64,000 nucleotides of DNA from Clostridiales bacterium (GTDB lineage Bacteria; Bacillota; Clostridia; Peptostreptococcales; Anaerovoracaceae): NCBI GenBank assembly GCA_015058185.1, contig SVCV01000001.1, forward strand, positions 17,869-81,868, in the 5' to 3' direction. The notes under the pieces are model-generated. The model was not told the origin of the DNA. It saw nothing but the letters and a program-made list of their open reading frames with translations, and searched no databases. The position numbers and the translations under genes are program-made. This document shows, piece after piece, positions 10,096-19,207 of this stretch; positions within the stretch are counted from its first letter, which is position 1; each line of letters opens with the position of its first letter.

Positions 10096-10584
10096 ATGAT
10101 TATCGTAACTTTTGAAATGGAAAACGGCGATGTGATGAAAGCCGAACTGTACCCCGAGATCGCTCCCGAAACCGTAAAGAATTTCGTGGATCTGGTAAAG
10201 AAGGGCTTCTATGACGGCCTGATCTTCCACCGCGTTATCCCCGGCTTCATGATCCAGGGCGGCTGCCCCCAGGGTACCGGTACCGGCGGCCCCGGCTACA
10301 CCATCAAGGGCGAATTCACTTCTAATGGTTTCAAGAATGACCTGGATCACGACAGAGGCGTTCTGTCCATGGCCAGAGCCATGAATCCCAACTCCGCCGG
10401 TTCTCAGTTCTTCATCATGGTAGAAAAAGCTCCCCATCTGGACGGCCAGTATGCCGCTTTCGGTAAGGTCATCGAAGGCATGGAAGCCGCCGATAAGATC
10501 GTTGCTGTGAAGAGAGACTGGATGGATAAGCCCCTGGAACCCCAGCGCATGAAGAAGGTCACCGTAGAGGAGACCGAAGCATAG
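10096..10584 (+). CDS. ppiB: peptidyl-prolyl cis-trans isomerase, cyclophilin type
   Basis: FHRVIPGFMIQGG and GSQFFI motifs. The ATG at 10096 is preceded by AGGAGG. Confidence 0.92.
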   Translation: MIIVTFEMENGDVMKAELYPEIAPETVKNFVDLVKKGFYDGLIFHRVIPGFMIQGGCPQGTGTGGPGYTIKGEFTSNGFKNDLDHDRGVLSMARAMNPNSAGSQFFIMVEKAPHLDGQYAAFGKVIEGMEAADKIVAVKRDWMDKPLEPQRMKKVTVEETEA

Positions 10585-10637
10585 TTTTTGATGGAAATTT
10601 TCAGAAAAAAAGCGCGAAAAAAGTCTTAGAAACGTTG

Positions 10638-10671
10638 AAAACCTGACATTCTTGTGGATGTCAGGTTTTTT
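10638..10671 (+). terminator. intrinsic terminator after ppiB
   Basis: AAACCTGACAT-loop-ATGTCAGGTTT followed by TTTTTT. Confidence 0.8.
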
Positions 10672-10736
10672 CATCCCCCATATCTTGGATATAAGGAATC
10701 TCAATATGAAGGTTCTGTGAAATATGGCCGATTTAC

Positions 10737-10765
10737 TTGACAGCTTTGTAACATTCCTGTAATAT
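10737..10765 (+). promoter_or_regulatory. sigma-A type promoter (TTGACA-17-TAATAT) for the LysM/M23 peptidase gene
   Basis: TTGACA at 10737-10742, 17-nt spacer, TAATAT at 10760-10765. Confidence 0.55.
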
Positions 10766-10781
10766 AATAGTGTAATTAGAG

Positions 10782-10825
10782 CCAATTGTGCATAATCTAG
10801 TAATGAAAGTGCAGATTGGTTTTTT
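10782..10825 (+). promoter_or_regulatory. terminator-like hairpin plus U-tract inside the 5' leader (candidate attenuator)
   Basis: CCAATTGTGCA (10782-10792) pairs with TGCAGATTGG (10810-10819) with one bulge, followed by TTTTTT. It lies between the predicted promoter and the CDS. Confidence 0.45.
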
Positions 10826-10891
10826 CAACTCTGAGAAAAAGGAGGTGAGTTCTTCAGTCCGTTTTTACTGTAACGTGGAAGAATGTAGTTT

Positions 10892-12208
10892 ATGAGTTTT
10901 AACAACAACGAAAATCGCAACGTGAATTCTGTAAAAGAAAATATCGCAGCTTTAAAAGATAGAATCCAGACCGGATGGACCAATTTCCGGATGGATAAGT
11001 TAAGCCGTTTCAGCAACCGGACATTGGCCGGAATGGGAACCGCGATCATGTGTGTTCTCGTGGTAGGCGGTGTTCTGCTGGCGGTATCTCCCGGACAGGA
11101 AGCTGTTCCTGCGGCTCCTGAAGTACCCGCCGTCTCTGCTATAGAAGAAACTGTTACCCCCGAAGAACCTGCAGTGGTCGTTCCCGAGCCGGAAACATCC
11201 TGGACCATCTGCATCGGCGGAAACGATGTTCTGTATTTTGAGACCGAGGAAGATGCACAGGCTGTTCTTGATGGCCTTGTAGCATATTATCAGCACGATA
11301 ACTCTGTAGTAAATCAGGTGATCTATTCCGAGCCTATCAATATCCGTGAAGTAGATGGTGAAGATTACGAATTCCTGAGTGTGGAAGATTCCGTCACCAC
11401 TTTGGTGACCGGCACCAAGGAACCCAAGACCTATACCGTAGTATCCGGCGACAGCCTGTGGGACATTGCTTATTCCAATAACATGACTTTGGAGGAACTG
11501 ATCGCTGCAAACCCTGCTCAGGCTGACGGCAATCTCTACATCGGTGAGGTACTGAACCTTTTCGAATGTAAGCCTTATGTAACGGTTACGCTGAACGAAA
11601 CCATCACCGCTACGGAAAACATCAACTATAGTATTCAGTACGAAGAAACCAGCACCCTGTACAAGGGCCAGTATCAGGTACAGAGTCCCGGTGTATATGG
11701 TAAGAAGGAAGTTGTTTCTCAGGTCGTCAGCGAAAACGGAAGAGAAGTTTCCTCCAAGGAACTGTCTTCCGAAGTGATCTCCGAACCTGTGACCCAGATC
11801 ACTCTGGCAGGTACCAAGTCCCTGTCTACTCTGGTAGGAACCGGAAGCTTCACCGATCCTCTCGGAAACCTGGTAGTAACCTCTTCTTACGGATCCCGAG
11901 GCGGCCGCTCCCACACCGGCGTTGATCTGGACGGAAATACCGGTGACCCCATCTACGCAGTAGATGACGGCGTGGTGACCTTTGCCGGTACGAAGGGTGC
12001 ATACGGCAAGTTGGTAAAGATCTCTCATGGCAACGGCGTGGAAACCTGGTACGGACACTGCAACAAGCTGCATGTTAGCGTTGGCGATGTAGTCTCTAAG
12101 GGTGATCGGATCGCAGATGTGGGTAATACCGGAAGATCCTATGGATCCCACCTTCATTTTGAGGTTCGGGTCAATGGTGTCTCCAAGAACCCCATGAACT
12201 ATCTGTAG
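10892..12208 (+). CDS. membrane-anchored LysM / G5 / M23 (LytM) peptidoglycan endopeptidase
   Basis: An N-terminal TM helix, a LysM motif (YTVVSGDSLWDIA), a G5-like segment, and the M23 motifs HTGVDL and GSHLHFEV. Confidence 0.88.
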   Translation: MSFNNNENRNVNSVKENIAALKDRIQTGWTNFRMDKLSRFSNRTLAGMGTAIMCVLVVGGVLLAVSPGQEAVPAAPEVPAVSAIEETVTPEEPAVVVPEPETSWTICIGGNDVLYFETEEDAQAVLDGLVAYYQHDNSVVNQVIYSEPINIREVDGEDYEFLSVEDSVTTLVTGTKEPKTYTVVSGDSLWDIAYSNNMTLEELIAANPAQADGNLYIGEVLNLFECKPYVTVTLNETITATENINYSIQYEETSTLYKGQYQVQSPGVYGKKEVVSQVVSENGREVSSKELSSEVISEPVTQITLAGTKSLSTLVGTGSFTDPLGNLVVTSSYGSRGGRSHTGVDLDGNTGDPIYAVDDGVVTFAGTKGAYGKLVKISHGNGVETWYGHCNKLHVSVGDVVSKGDRIADVGNTGRSYGSHLHFEVRVNGVSKNPMNYL

Positions 12209-12250
12209 GCCGAAAAAACTTTACTAATCATACCAATATAGTATATAATC

Positions 12251-12282
12251 TTATGGCGGGAACCTTCCCGCCATAATTTGTT
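12251..12282 (+). terminator. intrinsic terminator after the M23 peptidase gene
   Basis: TTATGGCGGGA-ACCT-TCCCGCCATAA followed by TTTGTTG. Confidence 0.7.
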
Positions 12283-12336
12283 GATACGGGGTTTTCCCGC
12301 AGCAGCAATTTGCTGTAACCATTCTTTGGAGGATTT

Positions 12337-12975
12337 ATGGCTTTTAAGAGACTTCGCGAAGATATTGATGCGGTACTTGCAAGAGACCCCGCTGCCCGTA
12401 CAGGCTTTGAGGTCCTTTTGTGTTACCCCGGTGTAACGGCTTTGTGCTGGCACCGAGGCGCTCATTGGCTGTATCGCCATAACATGAAGCTTTTGGCCAG
12501 AATCATTTCTCAGCTGGCCCGTTTCTTTACCGGCATCGAGATCCATCCCGGCGCCACCATCGGCCATCGATGTTTCATCGACCATGGCATGGCTGTGGTC
12601 ATTGGCGAAACTGCAGAGATCGGGGATGATGTTACCATCTACCAGGGCGTTACTTTAGGCGGTACGGGAAAAGATACCGGTAAGCGTCACCCTACCATCG
12701 GAAACGGGGTAGTGGTCAGTTCCGGTGCGAGAGTTCTCGGTCCCTTTAAAGTGGGCGACAACTCCAAGATCGGATCCGGTTCCGTCGTTTTGGAAGAAGT
12801 TCCTGCCAACTGTACGGTCGTGGGTGTTCCCGGAAAAATCGTTCGCCGGGGCGGCCAAAAGCCCACAGACCTGAACCAAATAGACCTTCCGGACCCTGTT
12901 GCAGTGGAACTGGAATGCCTGCGCCGTCGTATTGTTATGCTGGAAAATAAGCTGAGAGAGCAGGAGGGAAAATAG
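12337..12975 (+). CDS. cysE: serine O-acetyltransferase
   Basis: Hexapeptide-repeat protein with the typical CysE N-terminus ([15 protein letters not shown]). Adjacent to cysS, as in Bacillus. Confidence 0.92.
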   Translation: MAFKRLREDIDAVLARDPAARTGFEVLLCYPGVTALCWHRGAHWLYRHNMKLLARIISQLARFFTGIEIHPGATIGHRCFIDHGMAVVIGETAEIGDDVTIYQGVTLGGTGKDTGKRHPTIGNGVVVSSGARVLGPFKVGDNSKIGSGSVVLEEVPANCTVVGVPGKIVRRGGQKPTDLNQIDLPDPVAVELECLRRRIVMLENKLREQEGK

Positions 12976-14376
12976 ATGAAGATTTATAACACTCTGACCA
13001 GAAAAAAAGAAGAATTCGTACCCATTGACGAAAATGAAATTAAGATCTATGTATGCGGCCCCACCGTATATAACTTTTTCCATATCGGCAATGCCCGTCC
13101 TTTCGTAGTATTCGATACTCTGCGCAAGTATCTGGAATACCGGGGCAAGAACGTAAAGTTTGTACAGAACTTCACCGACGTTGACGACAAGATTCTGAAC
13201 AAGGCAAGAGAAGAAGGGATCTCCGCCGGCGAAGTCAGCGAAAAGTACATCGAAGAATATTACAAGGATGCCGCAGCTTTGAATGTAAAGAAGGCCAGCG
13301 TACATCCCAAGGTAACCGAAAATATCCAGGAGATCATCGATTTCGTACAGGCTCTCATCGACAAGGGCTTTGCCTACGAATCCGAAGGGGATGTTTACTA
13401 CGACACCCGGAAGTTTAAGGATTACGGCAAGCTGTCCCGTCAAAATATTGACGACCTGGAGCTGGGTGCCCGGATCGAGATCGGCGAAAAGAAAAAGGAT
13501 CCTCTGGATTTCGCTCTTTGGAAAGCCCAAAAAACCGAAGACGAACTGGCATGGGATTGCCCCTGGGGCAAAGGCCGTCCCGGCTGGCACATCGAATGTT
13601 CCGTTATGTCCACCAAGTATCTGGCGGAAACCATCGACATTCACGCCGGCGGTCAGGACCTGACTTTCCCTCATCATGAAAATGAGATCGCCCAGACCGA
13701 AGCCAGAACCGGCAAGCCTTTTGCAAACTATTGGATGCACAATGGCTACATCACCATCGATAACGAAAAGATGTCCAAGTCCAAGGGCAACTTCTTTACC
13801 GTTCGGGATATTCTGAAGCAGTATGACGGCGAAGTGATTCGTTTCTTCCTGCTGTCCGGTCACTATCGGAATCCCATCAACTTCAGCCAGGAACTGATGG
13901 AACAGGCCAAGAACAGCCTGGGCCGGATGCGGAATGCCAAGTCCAACCTGAAGCACCTCATCGAAAACGGTGCCGGCGAAATGACCGCAGCGGAAGCCGA
14001 TGCACTGGCTGCTATGGACAAGTATCGTCAGGAATTCATAGCTGCTATGGATGATGATCTGAATACCGCAGATGCCATCAGCGCAGTTTTCGAGCTGATC
14101 AAGGATATCAACACCGCTGTTAAGGACGGTGCCAGCAAGGAATTTGCAGAAAAGTGCCTGGCCGCACTGGACGAACTGACCGCCGTTCTCGGACTCCTTC
14201 GTGACAGCGAAGAGGAAGACGGCGTGGATGCAGAGATCCTGGCTTTGGTAGAAGAACGGCAGGCTGCCCGGAAGGCCAAGAACTGGGCAAGAGCCGACGA
14301 GATCCGGGACATTCTGAAGGCCCAGGGCATCACTCTGGAAGACACTCCTCAGGGCGTAAAGATCAATCGCGCATAG
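12976..14376 (+). CDS. cysS: cysteine--tRNA ligase
   Basis: Class I HIGN (HIGH-type) motif and KMSKS. 466 aa. It starts immediately after the cysE stop. Confidence 0.95.
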   Translation: MKIYNTLTRKKEEFVPIDENEIKIYVCGPTVYNFFHIGNARPFVVFDTLRKYLEYRGKNVKFVQNFTDVDDKILNKAREEGISAGEVSEKYIEEYYKDAAALNVKKASVHPKVTENIQEIIDFVQALIDKGFAYESEGDVYYDTRKFKDYGKLSRQNIDDLELGARIEIGEKKKDPLDFALWKAQKTEDELAWDCPWGKGRPGWHIECSVMSTKYLAETIDIHAGGQDLTFPHHENEIAQTEARTGKPFANYWMHNGYITIDNEKMSKSKGNFFTVRDILKQYDGEVIRFFLLSGHYRNPINFSQELMEQAKNSLGRMRNAKSNLKHLIENGAGEMTAAEADALAAMDKYRQEFIAAMDDDLNTADAISAVFELIKDINTAVKDGASKEFAEKCLAALDELTAVLGLLRDSEEEDGVDAEILALVEERQAARKAKNWARADEIRDILKAQGITLEDTPQGVKINRA

Positions 14377-14377
14377 G

Positions 14378-14487
14378 CCATGAGCATAAGCTCATGGAGT
14401 GATGTTTGCCTCTTTGAGGCAAATGATGTGCTGTCGCAGTGATGTACTTGCTGCGCAAGCATGATGTATTCGATACAAGGTATCGAA
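14378..14487 (+). repeat. array of five short hairpins separated by four exact TGATGT spacers (function unknown; candidate structured 3' UTR or sRNA)
   Basis: Layout is hp1 AG TGATGT hp2 A TGATGT G hp3 TGATGT A hp4 CA TGATGT A hp5. hp1 = CCATGAGC-ATAA-GCTCATGG. hp2 = TTGCCTC-TTT-GAGGCAA. hp3 = CTG-TCG-CAG. hp4 = CTTGC-TGC-GCAAG. hp5 = TTCGATAC-AAG-GTATCGAA. Confidence 0.5.
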
Positions 14488-14497
14488 AGTTAAGGAC

Positions 14498-14531
14498 AAA
14501 AAATGCACTCAACTCTGAGTGCATTTTTTTC
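14498..14531. terminator. bidirectional intrinsic terminator shared by cysS and the convergent DUF3006 gene
   Basis: A-run, then ATGCACTCA-ACTC-TGAGTGCAT, then a T-run. Confidence 0.8.
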
Positions 14532-14742
14532 ATTTTCTAAGTTGTTTCATTTTTTCTGCGATCCGCTCCTTGCGGGCAGCTTCCTCATCCGGATCCAGCT
14601 CCCAGCTGTCTCCGTTCCGGATCACCACAGAACCCTCTTTTACGCCTTCTGGGAGGCTTTTTAAGGGGATGTTGACCATTTCCTCATTTTCGTCTTCGCA
14701 GACGGCCAAATCGGCTTCTATGCGGTCTACAATATATTTCAT
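14530..14742 (-). CDS. DUF3006 family small protein
   Basis: 70 aa, with MKYIVDRIE..AVCE...PEGVKEGSV typical of DUF3006. It is commonly paired with ComEC-like MBL hydrolases. Confidence 0.75.
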   Translation of the reverse strand: MKYIVDRIEADLAVCEDENEEMVNIPLKSLPEGVKEGSVVIRNGDSWELDPDEEAARKERIAEKMKQLRK

Positions 14743-14759
14743 AGTAAGTTCCTTTCGAT

Positions 14760-15866
14760 TTACTTAATGCAGCCGGCATGGGGTTTATAGCCGCTGTTCA
14801 GTGCGGCGTCCAGAGTGCTGAAATAGATCCGGTTTTGCTCTCCGGGCAAAGATCCGCAGGTGCTTGTGTGAAGAACTTTGGAGTTGATGTTGCCCACATA
14901 AGCTGCATCCATAGCTTCGGAGGTAAATCCGCCGGAGAGGTCCGGGGTCTCCATTCGCTGGATCCTGTCGCCGTCTGCTGCCAGCAGAATGGTCCCTTCC
15001 AGATCCGTTCGGTAAACGGTAATGGCGGCGTCTTCGAAGAGTTCCAGGATCTCGTCATGGGGGTGGCCGTAGTCATTGTCCCGTCCGCAGCTGATGACAG
15101 CGATCTCCGGATCTACTTCCGCAAAAAAGACGGGATCCGTGGAGGTGGAAGAACCATGATGGCCTGCGTGAAGAACCTGTGCGCTTACATCTGCACCGCT
15201 GGCAAGAATGTCCATTTCTGCGGGAATTTCTGCATCGCCGGTGAAGAGGAAGGAGTTTTCTCCAAAGACCACTTTCAGGGCGATGGAGCTGTCGTTGCAA
15301 TCGTCATAGGATCTTACGGGCGCTAAGAAGGTGATCTCCGCCGCACCCAAAGAAACCTTGCTTCCGGGTTCGGGAACGGTAAAAGTCATTTCCTGTTCCG
15401 CAATGGTGTTCAGCAGATTTTCAAAGGTGGAAGTATCTGCTATAAAGTCGGTCATGTAAAGATCCCGGACTTCCACAGTTTCCAAAATAGCCTGGGCGCA
15501 GCCCATATGGTCTGTGTGAGGGTGGGTCAGGACCATAATGTCCAAAGCGTCGATGTTTAATGCCCCAAGGGCGGCTAATACTTTGTCCCTTTGGTCTCTT
15601 TCCCCGGTGTCGATGAGCATGGTTTTATCGCCCTGGCGGAGCAGGGTGGAGTCTCCCTGATCCACATCCAGGAAGTAAACTTCCAAAGTTTCTCCGGTGG
15701 GGACCTCCTCCGATGTCTCTGTATCGGAACCTTCCGCCTCTATAGGGGGTGCCGGGTTCGAAACATCGGGTTCCTTTGCGGGGGTGGGGGACTGGCCCAT
15801 ACATCCTGTCAGAGGCAGGATGCAGAGGCAAAAAACAAAGAGGAATAAGAGTATTTTTTTCTTCAT
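14760..15866 (-). CDS. secreted lipoprotein, MBL-fold (ComEC C-terminal-like) metallo-hydrolase with a C-terminal Cys-rich metal-binding tail
   Basis: Lipobox LTGC after a signal peptide, HPHTDH metallo-beta-lactamase motif, and a C-terminal HTSTCGS...HAGC tail. Confidence 0.82.
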   Translation of the reverse strand: MKKKILLFLFVFCLCILPLTGCMGQSPTPAKEPDVSNPAPPIEAEGSDTETSEEVPTGETLEVYFLDVDQGDSTLLRQGDKTMLIDTGERDQRDKVLAALGALNIDALDIMVLTHPHTDHMGCAQAILETVEVRDLYMTDFIADTSTFENLLNTIAEQEMTFTVPEPGSKVSLGAAEITFLAPVRSYDDCNDSSIALKVVFGENSFLFTGDAEIPAEMDILASGADVSAQVLHAGHHGSSTSTDPVFFAEVDPEIAVISCGRDNDYGHPHDEILELFEDAAITVYRTDLEGTILLAADGDRIQRMETPDLSGGFTSEAMDAAYVGNINSKVLHTSTCGSLPGEQNRIYFSTLDAALNSGYKPHAGCIK

Positions 15867-15884
15867 GGATCGTTCCTTTTTAAT

Positions 15885-15916
15885 AAACCGCCTTCTCCGG
15901 AGAAAAGGCGGTTTTG
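15885..15916 (-). terminator. intrinsic terminator after tsaD
   Basis: Minus strand reads AAACCGCCTTTTCTCCGGAGAAGGCGGTTT followed by a U-rich tail. Confidence 0.7.
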
Positions 15917-15919
15917 TTG

Positions 15920-16951
15920 TCAGGGTTCACAGGTTTCCAGATTTAAGTTTGCGTAAGCGTCCATGTGCAGGTCGTCCCGGAATCCTTCTTTATAGCGATA
16001 GTAGGCGGCACAGCCGATCATTGCGGCGTTATCCGTGCAGAGAATGGGGGCAGGTCGGAAGAGTTCGATGCCTCTTTTTTTACAGGCTTCTTCCATCATG
16101 GAACGGAGCTGGCTGTTTGCTGCTACACCTCCTGCCAAAGCGATTTTTTTCCGTCCGGTCTGCTTCGCAGCCAACATGACCTTGGATACGATAACTTCCA
16201 TAACCGCTTGCTGGAAGCCTGCCGCTACATCTGCGGCGTTGACTTGGATCCCCCGGTTCTTTTGGTTGCTTAAGTAGTTCAAAACACCGGTTTTGATCCC
16301 GCTGAAGCTGAAATCCAAACTGTCCTTTTCCAGGAAGACCCGCTTGAATTCAATGGCATTGGGGTCGCCGTTCTTTGAGGCCTTATCGATCAGGGGACCG
16401 CCGGGATATCCTAAGCCCAAAACCCGGGCTACCTTATCAAAGGCTTCCCCTGCGGCATCGTCTCTGGTTTGTCCCAGGATCTCGAATTCGTTATAACCCT
16501 TTACATCGATGATGCTGGTGTGTCCGCCGGAGATGACCAGGGCCAGGAAGGGCGGTTCCAGTTCCGGGTGCTGCAGATAGTTTGCGCTGATATGACCGTG
16601 CAGGTGGTGGACGCCGGAAATGGGTTTTCCCGTGGTGTAGGATACGGCCTTTGCGGTGGCCAGCCCGATGAGCAATGCACCGATGAGACCGGGCCCTTTT
16701 GTCACGCCGATCAGATCAATGTCATCTAAGGTCACATCCGCTTCAGCCAAAGCCTGTTCCAAAACCGAGTTCACATTTTCCAGGTGGTGGCGGGAGGCGA
16801 TCTCAGGGACTACGCCGCCGAAGACCTGGTGGACCTTGATTTGGGACGATATGATGTTGGACAAGACTTTTCGGCCATCGGCAACCACAGCTACGGAAGT
16901 TTCGTCGCAGCTGGACTCGAAGGCCAAAGTCAGGAATTGGTCATTTTTCAT
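15920..16951 (-). CDS. tsaD: tRNA N6-adenosine threonylcarbamoyltransferase
   Basis: Kae1/TsaD motifs: ESSCDETS, the HH..GH metal site, GGVAAN. 343 aa. Confidence 0.95.
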   Translation of the reverse strand: MKNDQFLTLAFESSCDETSVAVVADGRKVLSNIISSQIKVHQVFGGVVPEIASRHHLENVNSVLEQALAEADVTLDDIDLIGVTKGPGLIGALLIGLATAKAVSYTTGKPISGVHHLHGHISANYLQHPELEPPFLALVISGGHTSIIDVKGYNEFEILGQTRDDAAGEAFDKVARVLGLGYPGGPLIDKASKNGDPNAIEFKRVFLEKDSLDFSFSGIKTGVLNYLSNQKNRGIQVNAADVAAGFQQAVMEVIVSKVMLAAKQTGRKKIALAGGVAANSQLRSMMEEACKKRGIELFRPAPILCTDNAAMIGCAAYYRYKEGFRDDLHMDAYANLNLETCEP

Positions 16952-16953
16952 GG

Positions 16954-17277
16954 TCAGTCATTTTCCTCGGCAGCCGCCAGTGCCTGGCGCTCCAGTTCTT
17001 CGTCAGTAAGGGGTTCCAGTTCCTCTGCAGAAAAGGCGATGAGAATATTCTTGGCATCTTCCAAAGCGCTTTCGGGAACATAGATGTCAATGGGGAAGGA
17101 GAAGTTCTTACCCATAATGATTTCCATAGCGTTGCTTGCGGAGCGGAAATTTCGCAGGCAGGGAATGCCTTCGCCCCGGAGCTTGGACTCCAGAATATCC
17201 GCATCCAGAGTGTTTTCCACGGTAGTCAGGTATACGCCGTCACGCCATTCATTTTTAGGGGGCTTGCTCATGAGCAT
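16954..17277 (-). CDS. DUF2007-like small protein (putative signal-transducing GlnB-like fold)
   Basis: 107-aa version starting at MLMSKPP, with GGAGGT 6 nt upstream. The longer 232-aa track ORF would overlap thrS and is Arg/Gln-rich nonsense. Confidence 0.65.
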   Translation of the reverse strand: MLMSKPPKNEWRDGVYLTTVENTLDADILESKLRGEGIPCLRNFRSASNAMEIIMGKNFSFPIDIYVPESALEDAKNILIAFSAEELEPLTDEELERQALAAAEEND

Positions 17278-17307
17278 AGGGTTACCTCCGTTTCTTTTAT
17301 TAAGAAT

Positions 17308-17336
17308 GATCCCGGAGGGAGATACCCTTCGGGATC
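17308..17336 (-). terminator. strong stem-loop between thrS and the DUF2007 gene (partial terminator or processing site)
   Basis: GATCCCGAAGGG-TATCT-CCCTCCGGGATC on the minus strand. The U-tract is weak. Confidence 0.45.
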
Positions 17337-17342
17337 GATAAA

Positions 17343-19118
17343 CTAACAGGCTTTTGTATCGATTTCTTCGCGGAGCTTCTGCATGAAGTCTTCCAGGCTC
17401 ATTTCGCCCAGTTCGCCTTCCTTGCTGGAGCGAACGGTCAGAGTGCCGGCTTCCATTTCCTTTTCGCCGATGACGCAAAGGTAGGAGTCTCTCAGGTTTC
17501 TGGCTTCTCTGATCTTGTAGCCGATCTTTTCGTTTCTGGTGTCGGTTTCTGCACGGAAGCCTGCGGCTTTCAGCTTCTTCTCTACATCCAGAGCGTAGTC
17601 GTTGAACTTTTCGGTAACGGTCAGCAGCTTGACCTGTACGGGGGCCAGCCACAGGGGGAACTTACCGGCAAAGTGTTCGGTCAGGATGCCGATGAAGCGT
17701 TCGATGCTGCCGAAGATTACTCTGTGGATCATAACGGGGCGATGCTTTTCGCCGTCGCTGCCGATATAGGTCAGGTCAAAACGCTGGGGCATCTGGAAGT
17801 CCAGCTGGATGGTGCCGCACTGCCAGGTTCTGCCGATGCTGTCTTCCAGGTGGAAGTCCAGCTTGGGGCCGTAGAATGCGCCGTCGCCTTCGTTTACGAC
17901 GTAGCCCATTCCCTTTTCTTCCATAGCTTCCCGCAGAGCGGTGGTAGCGGCATCCCAGTCTTCCTGGCTGCCCATGGAGTTTTCGGGCTTGGTGGACAGT
18001 TCTACGTGATACTTAAAGCCGAAGAGCTTATAGACATAGTCGATAAAGTCGATAACGCCGACGATCTCGTCCTTGATCTGTTCGGGGAGCATGAAGATGT
18101 GTGCATCGTCCTGGGTAAAGGTCCGAACTCTCATGAGACCGTGAAGGGCACCGGACAGTTCGTGGCGGTGTACCTGACCCAGTTCACCGAGGCGGATGGG
18201 GAAGTCACGGTAGCTGTACATCTTTCTCTTGTAGACCAACATGGAGCCGGGGCAGTTCATGGGCTTGATTGCAAAGTCGCCGTCGTCGATCTTGGTGAAG
18301 TACATGTTATTTTGATAGTGATCCCAGTGGCCGGAAGTGTGCCACAGGTCTTCGTTCATGATCAGAGGAGTCTTGATTTCCTGGTAGCCTCTTTCAGCAT
18401 GAGCCTTTCTCCAGAAAGCTTCCAGTTCGTTGCGGATGATCATTCCCTTGGGCATGAAGAAGGGGAAGCCGGGACCTTCGTCCATCAGAGCGAAGAGATC
18501 CATTTCCTTGCCGATCCGGCGGTGGTCTCTCTTCTTGGCTTCTTCTATCATGTTCAGGTAATCATCCAGCATGGCCTGGGAGGGGAAGGATGTTCCGTAG
18601 ATTCTCTGGAGCATCTTGTTCTTTTCGTCGCCTCTCCAATAAGCACCGGCTACGCTGGTGAGCTTAAAGGCTTTGATGGCGGCAGTGGATCCCTTGTGGG
18701 GGCCTGCGCACAGGTCGGTGAAATCGCCCTGCTTGTAGAAGGAGATCACGGCATCTTCAGGCAGATCGTTGATCAGTTCTACCTTATAGGGCTCGTCCTT
18801 CATCAGTTCCAAAGCTTCTTCCCGGGGCAGCTCGAACCGCTCGATGGGCAGATTGGCCTTGGTGAGCTTTTTCATTTCCTTTTCGATGCTGCGGAGATCC
18901 TCTTCTGTGAAGCGGTGTTCCAGATCGATATCATAATAAAAGCCGTTGTCGATGGCGGGACCGATGCCGAACTTGGCTTCGGGGAACAGATGCTTAACAG
19001 CCTGTGCCATCAGGTGAGAAGTGGTGTGCCGATATACCCGGCTTTCTTCACTGGCTTCGAATACTTTGAATTCGGGCAGACCTTCGTTTACAGCCTGCAG
19101 TTTTTCAGCTTCGCTCAT
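17343..19118 (-). CDS. thrS: threonine--tRNA ligase, short form lacking the N-terminal TGS domain
   Basis: It begins about 30 aa before the editing-domain HTTSHLMAQAV motif. Class II catalytic and anticodon-binding regions are present. 591 aa versus about 640 for the Bacillus and E. coli enzymes. Confidence 0.93.
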   Translation of the reverse strand: MSEAEKLQAVNEGLPEFKVFEASEESRVYRHTTSHLMAQAVKHLFPEAKFGIGPAIDNGFYYDIDLEHRFTEEDLRSIEKEMKKLTKANLPIERFELPREEALELMKDEPYKVELINDLPEDAVISFYKQGDFTDLCAGPHKGSTAAIKAFKLTSVAGAYWRGDEKNKMLQRIYGTSFPSQAMLDDYLNMIEEAKKRDHRRIGKEMDLFALMDEGPGFPFFMPKGMIIRNELEAFWRKAHAERGYQEIKTPLIMNEDLWHTSGHWDHYQNNMYFTKIDDGDFAIKPMNCPGSMLVYKRKMYSYRDFPIRLGELGQVHRHELSGALHGLMRVRTFTQDDAHIFMLPEQIKDEIVGVIDFIDYVYKLFGFKYHVELSTKPENSMGSQEDWDAATTALREAMEEKGMGYVVNEGDGAFYGPKLDFHLEDSIGRTWQCGTIQLDFQMPQRFDLTYIGSDGEKHRPVMIHRVIFGSIERFIGILTEHFAGKFPLWLAPVQVKLLTVTEKFNDYALDVEKKLKAAGFRAETDTRNEKIGYKIREARNLRDSYLCVIGEKEMEAGTLTVRSSKEGELGEMSLEDFMQKLREEIDTKAC

Positions 19119-19207
19119 ATTTATTCCTCTTCTTTCATGCTTATGAAATAAGCAAAATAGATTTTAACGACAGGATCCCTTATAAACAGGGACATCTCAT
19201 AAAGCTT

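Noticed and set aside
10845-10895. A 16-codon upstream ORF starting at a GTG inside the orphan SD of the M23 leader
   Set aside because: The GTG overlaps the SD itself, leaving zero spacing. I judged it not translatable, so it appears only as part of the leader finding.
12209-12336. T-box leaders upstream of cysE-cysS, thrS (19119-19236) and proS (7149-7164)
   Set aside because: The leaders are about 60-125 nt or absent. I could find no specifier-loop, AGAGA/GNUGGNA or T-box (AANNNGGUGGNACCGCG) sequence. The hairpin at 12251-12275 is better explained as the terminator of the upstream M23 gene.
12655-13956. Very long antisense ORFs opposite well-supported genes. Examples: 2305-3216, 3213-4358, 7174-8271, 12655-13956, 17673-19151, 20237-21298, 24362-25975, 27021-28175, 29014-30183, 32098-33159, 37409-38500, 39092-40144, 40556-41635, 53962-54966, 58516-59655.
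   Set aside because: Each lies entirely on the opposite strand of a gene with unmistakable family motifs. Their translations are low-complexity (G, D, H, Q and V rich) and lack SD sequences. Such shadow ORFs are expected opposite strongly codon-biased genes whose NNC/NNG third positions avoid stops on the reverse strand.
17278-17652. The N-terminal 125 aa of the 232-aa ORF 16954-17652
   Set aside because: It overlaps the 3' end of thrS in another frame and is Arg/Gln/Pro-rich nonsense. The DUF2007-like part starts at an internal ATG (17277) with its own GGAGGT.
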